A stretch of 43,570 nt of DNA from Candidatus Woesebacteria bacterium RIFCSPLOWO2_01_FULL_39_10 (GTDB lineage Bacteria > Patescibacteriota > Microgenomatia > UBA8517). The notes beneath the pieces are model-generated. The model worked only from the letters and a program-made list of their open reading frames with translations. It was not told the DNA's origin and made no database searches. Positions 9,375-19,076 of this stretch are shown piece after piece. The stretch is taken from NCBI GenBank assembly GCA_001793015.1, contig MGHC01000037.1:85877-129446 (forward strand), given 5' to 3'. The number at the start of each line of letters is the position of its first letter. Position 1 is the first letter of the stretch. The translations under genes and the position numbers were made by a program.

Positions 9375-10664
9375 TTAGGAGACCTCTTCGATTTTTGCAC
9401 CTAATTTCCTTAAGTTTTCTGAAAAATTAGGATGACCTCGGTAAAGCGTATCGGCATTTAGGATTAATGATTCTCCTTCAGCAATCATGGCACACATTAC
9501 CATGGCAACAACCGCTCGAATAATGTATGGGGCCTCAATTGTTGCCCCTCTTAGTTTGCGGCCACCAAAAACGATAACTCTGTGCGGATCGGCCATTATT
9601 ATTTCTGCGCCTAACTTAGTCAATTCTCCTGTCCAATAAAGCCCAGTTTCATACATCCAATTATGAAACATCATATATCCAGAAGGCGCCGCAAGAGCAA
9701 GAGGAATAAACATAGGTATCAAATCTACCGGAAGAGCTGGCCAAGGTTGAGCTCTAACAATATTTGTCTTTTTTGCAAAATCCCCAGTCAATTTAATTTT
9801 TTGATCGTCTGTCAGGATTGCAGTATCACCATCATACTCAATTTTCAGATTGAATTTGGAAAATTCATAATTGATCATTGGAAAAAGTTCAGGTTGTGCG
9901 TTATGAACTCTAATTTCCCCCCCTGTTACAGCTCCTAGTGCCAAAAACGTAGTTATTTCGTAATGATCACTGAAAAGTTTATGGGAAGTGCTGCTAAATT
10001 TACCCACCCCCTCGATTTCTAGAATTGAAGAACCAATTCCTCGGATATTTACCCCAGCATAGGATAAAAAATTACATACATCTTGAACTTGCGGTTCAGA
10101 TGCGGCTCCAATTATTTTTGTTGTTCCCTTAAGTTTTGATGCTAGCATAACTACATTTGTCGTTACAGTCGGACTCATTTCCGTTAGCCAAATTTCTTTT
10201 GACTGTGCACTGCCAATATCCATAACAACTCCTTTTTCAGTTTCCTTAATATAAACACCTAGATTTCTGAAAGCCTGATATGCCGGTTCAAAAGGCCTAA
10301 GCCCGAGTGTACAACCTCCGGGCAAATCCCTGAAGTCAACTTTTCCAAATCTAGCTAAAAGCGCACCCCACAATAAAGATGTACCCTTCATATTACCCAA
10401 ATCCTCTTCTGTTAGTTGGTCAAATGTTATTTTTGAATTGTCAATTTTAAGAATATGTTCGTTTTGATTCCAATCAACTTTACTACCCAATTTCTCTAAA
10501 ATTGCAACTAAACGAGATACATCTGTAATATTAGGGATATTTTCAAAAGTAACTGGCTCGGTAAAAAGAAGAGAGGTAGGAATCAAATGGACAGCAGAGT
10601 TTTTACTCCCTGAAGGATAAATTTCTCCAGAAAGCGTCTGTTCCCCTTTAACTTTTATATTCAT
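9375..10664 (-). CDS. murA: UDP-N-acetylglucosamine 1-carboxyvinyltransferase
   Basis: SGSKNS, LPGGCTLGLRP (catalytic Cys loop), ASEP, PWPALPVDL, LYRG, LGAKI. Confidence 0.93.
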   Translation of the reverse strand: MNIKVKGEQTLSGEIYPSGSKNSAVHLIPTSLLFTEPVTFENIPNITDVSRLVAILEKLGSKVDWNQNEHILKIDNSKITFDQLTEEDLGNMKGTSLLWGALLARFGKVDFRDLPGGCTLGLRPFEPAYQAFRNLGVYIKETEKGVVMDIGSAQSKEIWLTEMSPTVTTNVVMLASKLKGTTKIIGAASEPQVQDVCNFLSYAGVNIRGIGSSILEIEGVGKFSSTSHKLFSDHYEITTFLALGAVTGGEIRVHNAQPELFPMINYEFSKFNLKIEYDGDTAILTDDQKIKLTGDFAKKTNIVRAQPWPALPVDLIPMFIPLALAAPSGYMMFHNWMYETGLYWTGELTKLGAEIIMADPHRVIVFGGRKLRGATIEAPYIIRAVVAMVMCAMIAEGESLILNADTLYRGHPNFSENLRKLGAKIEEVS

Positions 10665-10695
10665 TGCTTAGGCAACTAATTTTATCATGAAAGTG

Positions 10696-12408
10696 CTAAT
10701 TTTCGGGCTGGATTCCGTAATAAATAAAAAAGTCTTTTGCAATGTCGTACCATAAGGGTGCAGCGGTTTCTGATGCCCATGGAGAACTCGTAGGTTCTCT
10801 TAGGGTAACTAGCATAACAAAAGATGGATCATCATATGGCGCGAAACCAACAAAGCTTGCTAGTGTCTTTTCCTCGTCGTAATGTCCCTCAATCGGAATT
10901 TGGGCAGTTCCTGTTTTACCTGCAACTTTAAACCCTCTTGCGTAAGTCCATTTCGCTTCTCCACTTTTTGCTGCTTCAGCCATCATGGCGGTAATTTGTG
11001 CAGAAGCTTTTTCAGAAATCACCCTATCTCCGGTAACAGGCGAAATGTCCTCTTGCCACCCTTCTCCTGCAAATTTATCAACTACTTGGGGTAAAACTTT
11101 TATACCCATATTTGCAATTGTTGCTACACTTGTAATCATTTGAATTGGAGTAACGGCAACACCTTGACCGAAACTTGCCGTTGCCAGGTCAACCTGACTC
11201 CAGCTACCTTTCGAGCGTAATTGTGGATTAGCCTCTCCTTGCAAATCAATTCCAGTTGGAGCACCAAAACCAAAAGATTGCAAATAACCGTATAACTTAT
11301 CACTTCCAAGTTTATTGCCGACAAACACCATTCCCACGTTATCGGAATGAATTATTACATCCTTCATCGTGGAATCGGGATAATAAACTTGATTCCAGGT
11401 TTCAATAAAGTACTTATCAACTTTCGTTGGACCATTACACATATCGCATGTCGTATCTGGTTCAACCACCCCAGCATCCAATGCCGAAGCCATTACAATC
11501 ACCTTAAAAATAGATCCGGGCTCAAACGAAGACGATATGACAGGATTGTTGAATAATTCGTCACCAAATTTCCAATACGAATTCGGATCATACGTTGGGT
11601 ATGAGCTCATGCCTAAAACTGCCCCATTCTTGGGATTCATAACAATGGCAACACCTCCTGATGCACCGTATTTTTCTATTCCCAATTTAAGCTTCCTATC
11701 AAGAGTTAGTTGAACGTACTTATCAACATGTGTTACTAAATTAACTCCTTCAACTGCAGAAACCTCACGGGTTGCACCTATGAGAATCGGTGCTCCGGAC
11801 GCGTCCTTCTCTCTCATTTTGAAACCTTCTTTCCCTGATAAAACAACGTCGTAGAATCCTTCAATCCCAAAATATCCTTTATCGTTACCTTCTGAATCTT
11901 TACCAACAAACCCAAGAAGTTGAGCGGCGGCGGAGGCTTCGGGATAAATACGTTGCTCCTCCTTTTCAAAACCAATTCCTTTTATTTCTAACTCTTCGAT
12001 CTCTTGTTTGGTTTCACTATTAACCCTTCGTTTAAGAGGCACCCATACAACCCCGTCCCTTGATAAAAGACTATTAATTCTATCTATCTCAAGAAAAAGC
12101 AGCTCATGATCTTCTGGATCCTCAACAAAAAGTGGTGCAAGCTTCTCTGCAATTGTATTCGGGCGACCAACTAAGTCAGGTAGTGATGCATAAGTAAGCC
12201 AGCTCTCGCCACTTGCGGTGAACCACGTCCCATCAGAGGCTAAAATATCACCACGTGGAGCGTTAATAGTAAATTCCGATTGGTATTGGTTTTGAGCCTG
12301 AGCTGCTAGAACCTTTCCTTTGACAATTTGCCAATAAAAAAGTCTACCAATAAGTGCAAGATATGAAAGAATGAAAAAGAAAGTTACAAGTTTGACGCGG
12401 ACATTCAT
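10696..12408 (-). CDS. ftsI: Class B penicillin-binding protein (FtsI/PBP2-like transpeptidase)
   Basis: N-terminal TM, RGDI, RIYP, GIEG, EPGSIFK (SxxK), SDN (SxN), KTGTAQ; follows mraZ-rsmH-ftsL. Confidence 0.9.
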   Translation of the reverse strand: MNVRVKLVTFFFILSYLALIGRLFYWQIVKGKVLAAQAQNQYQSEFTINAPRGDILASDGTWFTASGESWLTYASLPDLVGRPNTIAEKLAPLFVEDPEDHELLFLEIDRINSLLSRDGVVWVPLKRRVNSETKQEIEELEIKGIGFEKEEQRIYPEASAAAQLLGFVGKDSEGNDKGYFGIEGFYDVVLSGKEGFKMREKDASGAPILIGATREVSAVEGVNLVTHVDKYVQLTLDRKLKLGIEKYGASGGVAIVMNPKNGAVLGMSSYPTYDPNSYWKFGDELFNNPVISSSFEPGSIFKVIVMASALDAGVVEPDTTCDMCNGPTKVDKYFIETWNQVYYPDSTMKDVIIHSDNVGMVFVGNKLGSDKLYGYLQSFGFGAPTGIDLQGEANPQLRSKGSWSQVDLATASFGQGVAVTPIQMITSVATIANMGIKVLPQVVDKFAGEGWQEDISPVTGDRVISEKASAQITAMMAEAAKSGEAKWTYARGFKVAGKTGTAQIPIEGHYDEEKTLASFVGFAPYDDPSFVMLVTLREPTSSPWASETAAPLWYDIAKDFFIYYGIQPEN

Positions 12409-12411
12409 GTA

Positions 12412-12729
12412 TCACGGTAGTTTAGCAAAAGTTACACCGGCCTTAAGGTATACCGTTTCGGTGTTTTTTACAAACCCAAGATCAAACGCCTTTTCTTCAA
12501 GTTTAGAAAGCGATGTCGCTTCCACAAGTTTACTCTCCAAATTTTTATTCGTATTCACAAGTTCAGTAACTTTACGCTCGAAGTTGGCAATTTTTGCTCC
12601 AGTTGCAGCCGTCTGTATTGTAAAAAAAACTTGAACTGCAATAAATAAACCAACAATCGCCCAGAGAAGTGTTTTCTTACTTAGTCTAAATCTTTTTTTT
12701 GTTTGAGTAACTTTGCGTGCGTATTTCAT
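12412..12729 (-). CDS. ftsL: FtsL-like cell division protein
   Basis: 105 aa with basic N-terminus, single TM, coiled coil and LEEKAFDLGF tail; canonical position between rsmH and ftsI. Confidence 0.7.
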   Translation of the reverse strand: MKYARKVTQTKKRFRLSKKTLLWAIVGLFIAVQVFFTIQTAATGAKIANFERKVTELVNTNKNLESKLVEATSLSKLEEKAFDLGFVKNTETVYLKAGVTFAKLP

Positions 12730-13754
12730 TTTTTTTCCAAAACTCTCATTTTTGCACTTTTTGATCGAGGATTTCTTTCTGATTCATCACTGCTAGGAAT
12801 TATTGGTTTTTTAGTTAAGATTTCTGCTAATCCCTCGTTTTCCTTTTCTTTAAAAAATTTCTTAACAATTACATCTTCTCGCGAGTGAAAACTTATAACT
12901 ACCAATCGACCTTTCTTTCCTAATAGCCTAAATGATTGTGGCAATCCTTCCCTCAAGTTTTCAAGCTCACTATTAACTTTTACCCTTAATGCCAAGAATG
13001 GCAAGGTTGCCGGATTCAAACTTTTTTTAGAACCAGGTAAGCTTCCTAAAATACTAAGAAGATCACCTACGGAATTTATTTTTTTTGTTTTTCGCGCCTC
13101 AATTATTCTTTCTGAAAGAATTTTTGATTCGTAAAAAGGCATCACTTCTGAAAACATTTCCCTTAATTGGCCTTCGTTTAATGCGTTTAAAAGATCTGCT
13201 GCTCTCACTTCTTGACTTGTTTCGTCAGCTCTCATATCGAGTAAGGCTTCTGGGTCTTGGTATGAGAATCCTCTTTCTTTTTCAAGTTGAAAGCTTGAAA
13301 TACCAAGGTCAAATAAAATTCCATCCACATCTTGAAAGCTATAATCTTTTGCAATTTTTCCCATATCCTTGAAGTTGCCATGAACGAGAGTGTAGGACCC
13401 CCGTGAGATAGCAGCATTTTTATGCTTATCTAACGGGGGAGGGCAGGTCTCCGATCCTCCGAAGCTCTTTTTAGAGCGAAGGAGGGCTTCTTCCAATCTC
13501 GTCTTAGCGACCTCAAGTGAGCGAGGGTCTTGCTCTATTCCAAGAACTCGACCTCCTAATTTAACAATTGCTTCTGTATGACCACCCATTCCAAGAGTTG
13601 CGTCTATAAATCTGCCTCGCCTGCCAGAGCTGCGCTCAGGCGCTCCCTGCAGGGCTTCTTTTGAATGTGCAATTTCATCAACTTTAAGAGCTTCAAGAGT
13701 CTCCTTTAGTAGTACTGGCACATGATTCTCTCCAATACTATTTAAATTTTGCAT
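12726..13754 (-). CDS. rsmH: 16S rRNA m4C1402 methyltransferase with in-frame insertions
   Basis: HVPVLL, DATLGMGGH, HGNF, DGILFDLGISSFQL, RGFS, LDMR, ALRVKVNSEL, VISFHSRED, NPRSKSAKMR. Confidence 0.96.
   Translation of the reverse strand: MQNLNSIGENHVPVLLKETLEALKVDEIAHSKEALQGAPERSSGRRGRFIDATLGMGGHTEAIVKLGGRVLGIEQDPRSLEVAKTRLEEALLRSKKSFGGSETCPPPLDKHKNAAISRGSYTLVHGNFKDMGKIAKDYSFQDVDGILFDLGISSFQLEKERGFSYQDPEALLDMRADETSQEVRAADLLNALNEGQLREMFSEVMPFYESKILSERIIEARKTKKINSVGDLLSILGSLPGSKKSLNPATLPFLALRVKVNSELENLREGLPQSFRLLGKKGRLVVISFHSREDVIVKKFFKEKENEGLAEILTKKPIIPSSDESERNPRSKSAKMRVLEKK
13398..13439. repeat. Imperfect 42-nt hairpin inside rsmH
   Basis: CCCCCGT-G-AGATA-GC-AGCAT-TTTT-ATGCT-TATCT-A-ACGGGGG. 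Confidence 0.75.
13456..13485. repeat. 30-nt REP-like hairpin inside rsmH
   Basis: CCTCC-GAA-GCTCT-TTTT-AGAGC-GAA-GGAGG, with a symmetric GAA/GAA internal loop. Confidence 0.82.
13614..13660. repeat. GC-rich hairpin insertion near the 5' end of rsmH
   Basis: CGCCT-GCCA-GAGC-TGC-GCTC-AGGCG plus the CCCTGCAGGG palindrome. AGGGCTTCTT (13651-13660) also occurs at the edge of the 13456 element (13483-13492). Confidence 0.7.
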
Positions 13755-13764
13755 TCAGTCCTAT

Positions 13765-14196
13765 CTAATTCTTCTTTGCTAAAGACTCTATCGCAATTGA
13801 TGCTTTTTTTTCGGCAACTTTTTCCAGCTCTTGCCACTTTCCCTGGGACCATAGTTCAACTCTGTCTCCAAGGCCAAGAAAAGTAACTTCGTCAGTAATT
13901 TCTGCGTAACTAACTAAAATGTCAGGAAGTACAAATCTTCCCTGACGATCAAGAACTATTTCAAATGCCGAACCTAAAATGAATCTATCAATGTCTCTTA
14001 CGGGCGAAATAATAATTTTTGTTTCACCAATTAGCCTACCTATAAGCTTTTGCCAATTTGGCTTCGTTACCAAAATCAGACAATTTTCATACCATCTGGC
14101 AATTATTATTTCCGTTCCCAATTCTTCTCGGAACTTTTTAGGTACGGCGATTCTTTTTTTATCTGTTAATTTACTCGTATACTGCCCTATTAACAT
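13765..14196 (-). CDS. mraZ: Division/cell wall cluster transcriptional repressor MraZ
   Basis: 143 aa; MLIGQY, KKRIAVPKKFR, DRQGRFVLP, GLGDRVELWS; directly upstream of rsmH. Confidence 0.96.
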   Translation of the reverse strand: MLIGQYTSKLTDKKRIAVPKKFREELGTEIIIARWYENCLILVTKPNWQKLIGRLIGETKIIISPVRDIDRFILGSAFEIVLDRQGRFVLPDILVSYAEITDEVTFLGLGDRVELWSQGKWQELEKVAEKKASIAIESLAKKN

Positions 14197-14250
14197 TTAT
14201 TTAATATTTTGGGCAGTAGGTAGTGGTAAATATTAGTTTGATACTTAATT

Positions 14251-14320
14251 CACCACTTTAAACCATTTTTATACATTTTCACGGGCTTGTCAACACTAAA
14301 TTAACCCGAACTCACCACTA
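14251..14320 (-). promoter_or_regulatory. dcw promoter with 10-bp-periodic MraZ-box-like repeats
   Basis: Minus strand reads TTTAGTGTTG ACAAGCCCGT GAAAATGTAT AAAAATGGTT TAAAGTGGTG: TTGACA -35 (14288-14293) with GTGT/ATGT/ATGG/GTGG at 10-nt phase; another GTGGTG at 14313-14318. The -10 element is imperfect. Confidence 0.65.
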
Positions 14321-14384
14321 AGCAAAGAAATTATAACTGTATAAGAAGTATTTGAGAATAGAGTTACAAGGAGTAAAAAAAATA

Positions 14385-15137
14385 TTAAGAAATCGGGCTT
14401 TTTGTTCCTAAGAAGATCCCCGAGTCAAAATTACTCGGAAGCTCGTTTGTCCATTTATCGTTAAAAAACCCAAAAGTACTACCTTCTGTAACTTCAAAAG
14501 ATTCAACATTATCGACCAAATCAGACGCAAATACTCCGTATGGACCGACGAGGATATCATCGTGCGAGTTCGGGAAATCGTCAGGAACTCCAACGCTGTG
14601 CATTACAACATAGAAATCCTTAGTATCGTTACTCAATACCATTTTAAACTTGCCATCTGACGAGCTTAACTCCGATGTTTCACTAAATAATCTAAACTCA
14701 CTCTCAAACTTTGCCAGAAGCTTACCTTCAGAATTCCTGAATCTAAGTGTCATACTCCCTTCTTCTACTCCCTCATCGTATCTAAATTTCCCGGAAGATT
14801 CGCTTCCCAAGAGTAGTTCTGCTTCAAAACTATCAATTCCATCCAAATTCTGCATGCCTGGAACTCCCAATGTTGTGCCTTCAGTGTTTTTATACAAAAG
14901 TTCATAATCTACGCTTTCTGCGTTAATAACAATTTTCTCCACTTTTAAGTTAAGGTAATGCCCATCTTCAGAGGGTGTAAGAGATACTACCGGACGATCG
15001 GCTAGAACAACGTTTAGTAGTGCTGTTTCCTCGTCTTCGGGTTCTACCGCATCTTTTTTTCCCTTCACAACAAAAAAGACCACAACAACCACGACAACAC
15101 CAACTAGAAGTAAGATTAGCGGCAGAAATTTTTTCAT
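14385..15137 (-). CDS. Hypothetical membrane-anchored acidic protein
   Basis: N-terminal Val-rich signal anchor and an acidic, apparently beta-rich ectodomain; ATGA overlap with the glyQS stop. Confidence 0.8.
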   Translation of the reverse strand: MKKFLPLILLLVGVVVVVVVFFVVKGKKDAVEPEDEETALLNVVLADRPVVSLTPSEDGHYLNLKVEKIVINAESVDYELLYKNTEGTTLGVPGMQNLDGIDSFEAELLLGSESSGKFRYDEGVEEGSMTLRFRNSEGKLLAKFESEFRLFSETSELSSSDGKFKMVLSNDTKDFYVVMHSVGVPDDFPNSHDDILVGPYGVFASDLVDNVESFEVTEGSTFGFFNDKWTNELPSNFDSGIFLGTKSPIS

Positions 15138-16432
15138 AAGGATAACTTATTCTCTAAATACTTTTGAAGTTTGTCAACAACCACTCTCTCTTGCTTTGTG
15201 GTATCTCTGTCCCTAACTGTAACAGTTTCATCTTCAAGTGTCTGAAAATCGATAGTAATACAATAAGGCGTCCCAATCTCATCCTGTGCAAAATATCTTT
15301 TCCCAATATTACCCCTTGCATCCCATGCAATATAATAATTTTTAGATAAAGTTTGGTAAACTTCTTTTGCCTTTTTCGTTAAATCTTCTTTATTGGCAAG
15401 AAGCGGAAAAACAGCAGCTTTAAAGGGTGCAAGCCGAGGGTTTAATTTCAAATAAACCCGAGGTTCTGAGCTCTTCGAAGAATCCTCCGTATAAGCATCA
15501 ATCAGAAAAAATAGTGTTGCCCTATCAACACCACCTGAGGTTTCAATAACCCAGGGAGTATATTCTTCGTTAGTATCGGGATCGTTATGTGTAAGTTTAT
15601 GCCTTCCCAAATCCCAATCACCCCTGTGATGAATTCCTTCAAGTTCACTCCAACCGAAAGGCGCATTATATTGGACATCCGTTGCGTAACGCGCATAGTG
15701 AACAAGATTGTCTTTATCGTGGTCTTGAAATCGTAAATTCTCGGCCTTAATTCCGAGTCTTTTATACCAATTTAGTCTTTCTTCTTTCCAGTATTCAAAA
15801 GTCTTTTTAGATTCTGTCTCATCAGGTTTTACAAAAAACTCTAATTCCATTTGCTCAAATTCACGGCTTCTGAAAGTAAAATTTCCTGGAGTTATCTCAT
15901 TTCTGAATGCCTTCCCAACTTGTGCAATACCAAAAGGAACCTTTATTCTTGTCGAATCAACAACATTTTGAAAGTTAACAAAAACTCCCTGAGTAATTTC
16001 CCCTCGAAGATAGGCTTTTTGTTTAGGCTCCGTAATGCCCAAATAAACTTCGGTAAGTAAATTAAACATTTTAGGTTCTGTCCAAGATGATTTGTCCCCG
16101 TGTTCTTTTTCGTGAGTCTTAACCAACTCTTCATCGTCTGCTTTAATACGCTTGTGACATACTTTACATTCAACCAGTGGGTCGGAAAATCCCTCAGTGT
16201 GACCAGAGGCAACCCAAACTTCCGGGTTCATGATTATTGCGGCGTCTAATCCCACAACGTCATCCCGGTCGTAAACCATATCTTTCCACCATTGCCTTTT
16301 GATATTATTTTTCAATTCAACCCCTAATGGTCCGTAATCCCAAAATCCGGTTAATCCACCATAAATTTCACTACCCGGGTAAATGAATCCTCTGCGTTTA
16401 GCTAAAGACGTAATTTTTTCCATCAAATCCAT
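15134..16432 (-). CDS. glyQS: Glycine--tRNA ligase (alpha2 homodimeric type)
   Basis: KRRGF, EIYGG, DYGPLG, WVASGH, FSDPL, LRGEITQG, GKAFRNEITP, FRSREFEQME, DEIGTP. Confidence 0.96.
   Translation of the reverse strand: MDLMEKITSLAKRRGFIYPGSEIYGGLTGFWDYGPLGVELKNNIKRQWWKDMVYDRDDVVGLDAAIIMNPEVWVASGHTEGFSDPLVECKVCHKRIKADDEELVKTHEKEHGDKSSWTEPKMFNLLTEVYLGITEPKQKAYLRGEITQGVFVNFQNVVDSTRIKVPFGIAQVGKAFRNEITPGNFTFRSREFEQMELEFFVKPDETESKKTFEYWKEERLNWYKRLGIKAENLRFQDHDKDNLVHYARYATDVQYNAPFGWSELEGIHHRGDWDLGRHKLTHNDPDTNEEYTPWVIETSGGVDRATLFFLIDAYTEDSSKSSEPRVYLKLNPRLAPFKAAVFPLLANKEDLTKKAKEVYQTLSKNYYIAWDARGNIGKRYFAQDEIGTPYCITIDFQTLEDETVTVRDRDTTKQERVVVDKLQKYLENKLSL
15463..15484 (+). repeat. 22-nt hairpin element, copy inside glyQS
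   Basis: GTTCTGAGCTCTTCGAAGAATC; 19/22 identical to 23137-23158. Confidence 0.7.
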
Positions 16433-16487
16433 GTTTGAATTTTATATCATGTCTTTAAAGAATCCAATAAGATTAATAAATATCGCC

Positions 16488-17375
16488 TTAGGTGCCTTTT
16501 CTCACCAATTTGTATTGACTGATATTGGGTAAAATTGCACCAGAGAAGATTAATAGCCCTCCAAGAATCGTCGTAAACTGTGGATATTCTCCAAAAATTA
16601 AAAATGAAAATAGAGTGGCAAATATAATTTCAACCGGCAGTATAATACTTCCAATTTGTGCCTCAAGGTTTTTAAAACCATATACAATCAAACCAACATT
16701 AATAGTTTGAACAACTGCGTAAATAAACACCCAGAACCATTTAACGGCAGAGACATTCAATGGAAAAGCTTCTCTAAATAACATAGATCCCAAAAAGGCT
16801 GCGACAACACTATTTGCCGCATCCATCATAACTAACTGATTATTACTATAATTATCCGAAAACTTTTTCGATATAGTATTCCAAACTCCTGTCATAAAAC
16901 CTGAAATCAAAACAAGAGCTACAAATATGATTTGTTCAGAACTAATACTAAATTTGTAGATTATAAATAAACCAACAAAAGAAAGGGCTAAAGAGACATA
17001 CTTCATATGATTTAATTTTTCACCAAAAAATACTTTGCCCGAGATGAAACCTGAAAGAATCATCGAAGAATAAAGAACAAGATATGTCATTCCAATCTGA
17101 AGGTTGTTAAAACCGATAAACGTAAGAACCGTAATCCAAGATCCTGTTAGAAACCATATAACGATCCACTTAACATCCTTCTTTCTAATGGAAAGAATTT
17201 TTATTTTTCGAAAAGCAATGACGAATAAAATGATTACTAATACAATCAAATTTCTTGTCCAGTTTTGACTGAAGTTTCCAAAAGAGGAGCTAATAAGTCT
17301 GGAAAGTATTCCATAAAGTCCATAAAAAGACGCTGCTATGAATAAAGAAATCGCCCCCAATTTTGGATTTTTCAT
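16488..17375 (-). CDS. DMT/EamA family transporter
   Basis: About 10 TM segments in two repeats, FFGEKL and IFGE motifs, GGLLIFSG. Likely start ATG 17375. Confidence 0.88.
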   Translation of the reverse strand: MKNPKLGAISLFIAASFYGLYGILSRLISSSFGNFSQNWTRNLIVLVIILFVIAFRKIKILSIRKKDVKWIVIWFLTGSWITVLTFIGFNNLQIGMTYLVLYSSMILSGFISGKVFFGEKLNHMKYVSLALSFVGLFIIYKFSISSEQIIFVALVLISGFMTGVWNTISKKFSDNYSNNQLVMMDAANSVVAAFLGSMLFREAFPLNVSAVKWFWVFIYAVVQTINVGLIVYGFKNLEAQIGSIILPVEIIFATLFSFLIFGEYPQFTTILGGLLIFSGAILPNISQYKLVRKGT

Positions 17376-17379
17376 TATT

Positions 17380-18465
17380 CTAATCTCCACTATCCAATTT
17401 AAGCGTCTTTATATCTGGGAGTTTGTTTTCCATTACGCCTTGAAGCTCACCAAACATTCTCGATGTATTTAATTGCATCCTCTTAAGTTGTGTTTCTCTT
17501 TTCTTCCAAATCCTCTCCATCGACCTACGTTCTGTCAACAAGTCTTCTTCCATCGCTTTTACCCCGTCTGCAAAAGCTTCAAACCTGTGCCTAAAAGCAT
17601 CGCTTTGGATATATTCATAAAGCATCTCAAGTTTTTCATCTTTATGTTCTGATCCACTTTTTGCCGCCGCAATAAACATAAGATTTCTTCTTAATATGTT
17701 TGCTAAGGGTATTGCATAAGTAATTGAAGTAATTAAAACGCCATCAACCACTTTAAAAAATTCGATATCTTTAGGTAAGTTTTCGCTAACCAGTACTACC
17801 ATTGTCGCATCATTTTTCCTTCCGTCTTCTTTAAGTTTTGGCGTCCAAGAGGGCGACCATTTCGCCCTTTTTGTCTCCCAAAGAATTATCCCAGCTAATT
17901 TACCAGATTGATTCTTTACCTTTTGAATAATATCAGCTCCCTGCACTCCCTTTCCGATTGGAATTATTTCGTCGTAAACAAATGTGCTTGTAAGTTTTTC
18001 TTCGATATCAAGTTCCAGTACTTCGCCCTGAGTTTGTTGAGAACCTTGCTGCATTTGTGTCTGTAATTCTCTTACTTTTTCCAAGGCTTCCTGAAGTTTT
18101 TTATCTTTTTCCAAATCTTTTAGACGGTGCTCATCTTGTGCGTTTTTTAATACTGACTCCTGAATTTTTTGGCGCTCGCTATCAAGCTGCCTTTGAAGAT
18201 CAAGTTTCAAATCTTTTTCCTTCTCTTCAAGCTTCCTTCTTTCTTCCCGAAGTTTAAGCTCTTGTTCGCGCAACTCATTGACTTTTTCGTCTTTCTCAAT
18301 AAGTTGACGTTTTAAATCCTTAACTTCTGTTGCTGTTTTTTCCTCCAATTCCTTTTTTATACTGTCTTCTAAATTTTTCCTTAAGTCTTCCTCGACTTGA
18401 TGTCTTAGAGCCTGAGAAATTTCCACTTCTTTTTTGCAATGCGGACAAATAAATGTGGTTATCAT
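17380..18465 (-). CDS. DUF2130-like protein (CxxC ribbon, coiled coil, C-terminal nuclease-like fold)
   Basis: CPHC, long K/E coiled coil, SQQTQGEVLELDIE, KGVQGAD, ILWETKR, W..KLKED. Confidence 0.8.
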   Translation of the reverse strand: MITTFICPHCKKEVEISQALRHQVEEDLRKNLEDSIKKELEEKTATEVKDLKRQLIEKDEKVNELREQELKLREERRKLEEKEKDLKLDLQRQLDSERQKIQESVLKNAQDEHRLKDLEKDKKLQEALEKVRELQTQMQQGSQQTQGEVLELDIEEKLTSTFVYDEIIPIGKGVQGADIIQKVKNQSGKLAGIILWETKRAKWSPSWTPKLKEDGRKNDATMVVLVSENLPKDIEFFKVVDGVLITSITYAIPLANILRRNLMFIAAAKSGSEHKDEKLEMLYEYIQSDAFRHRFEAFADGVKAMEEDLLTERRSMERIWKKRETQLKRMQLNTSRMFGELQGVMENKLPDIKTLKLDSGD

Positions 18466-18522
18466 ATCAAAAACAATTCTAACATGACGACCTTAGGTTC
18501 AAAGGGGCAAATACCTGTAATC

Positions 18523-19068
18523 CTATGTTAAAAGTTTCCTCCCAACTCTTATTGTTGAAAGTTTTCTTTCCAAGACCTCCTCTAGTGCTTGGTCAGCATC
18601 ACCCATCATCCTTTGTTTCGGCCAAAAACCGAGAAGTACCAATGATTTATAAATAAATTCTTTTCGCAAGCTTTTTAAACTGTTTGTATCACAAAGAAGT
18701 TCTAAATTTTTCAAAATAAGTTCGTAGAATTCCTGGTTTTTTTCTTCTTCCTGGGATAATCGCCCAACAACTTCCATTAAAAAATAGGCAACTGATACTT
18801 TTTTTAGACTTGAACGAATTACTTTATAAGAACTTATAGTTTCCGTTTCGGTAATCAGATCTAATCCTTTGCCTTGTGATGCAGAAAATCTGATATGACT
18901 AAAAACTTCGATATGGCCTCGTTTTCGGCTTTTGGGTTTTCTGACGCCTTTTGCCAGAAAGGAAAGTTTCCCAAAGTTTTTTGTGAATATTACGAGAATC
19001 CTATCTGCCTCGGAGTAATTTCTCCTCGCGAGCACAATTCCTTCTGAAGAATAGCTCATTCTCTTCAT
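18523..19068 (-). CDS. recO: DNA repair protein RecO (short form, no Zn finger)
   Basis: GIVL, YSEADRILVIFT, GKLSFLAKGVRKPKSR. Confidence 0.92.
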   Translation of the reverse strand: MKRMSYSSEGIVLARRNYSEADRILVIFTKNFGKLSFLAKGVRKPKSRKRGHIEVFSHIRFSASQGKGLDLITETETISSYKVIRSSLKKVSVAYFLMEVVGRLSQEEEKNQEFYELILKNLELLCDTNSLKSLRKEFIYKSLVLLGFWPKQRMMGDADQALEEVLERKLSTIRVGRKLLT

Positions 19069-19076
19069 TTAGATTA

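Noticed and set aside
17380..18465. DUF2130-like gene as a defence system
   Set aside because: A single gene among housekeeping genes with no partner methylase, ATPase or toxin-antitoxin context.
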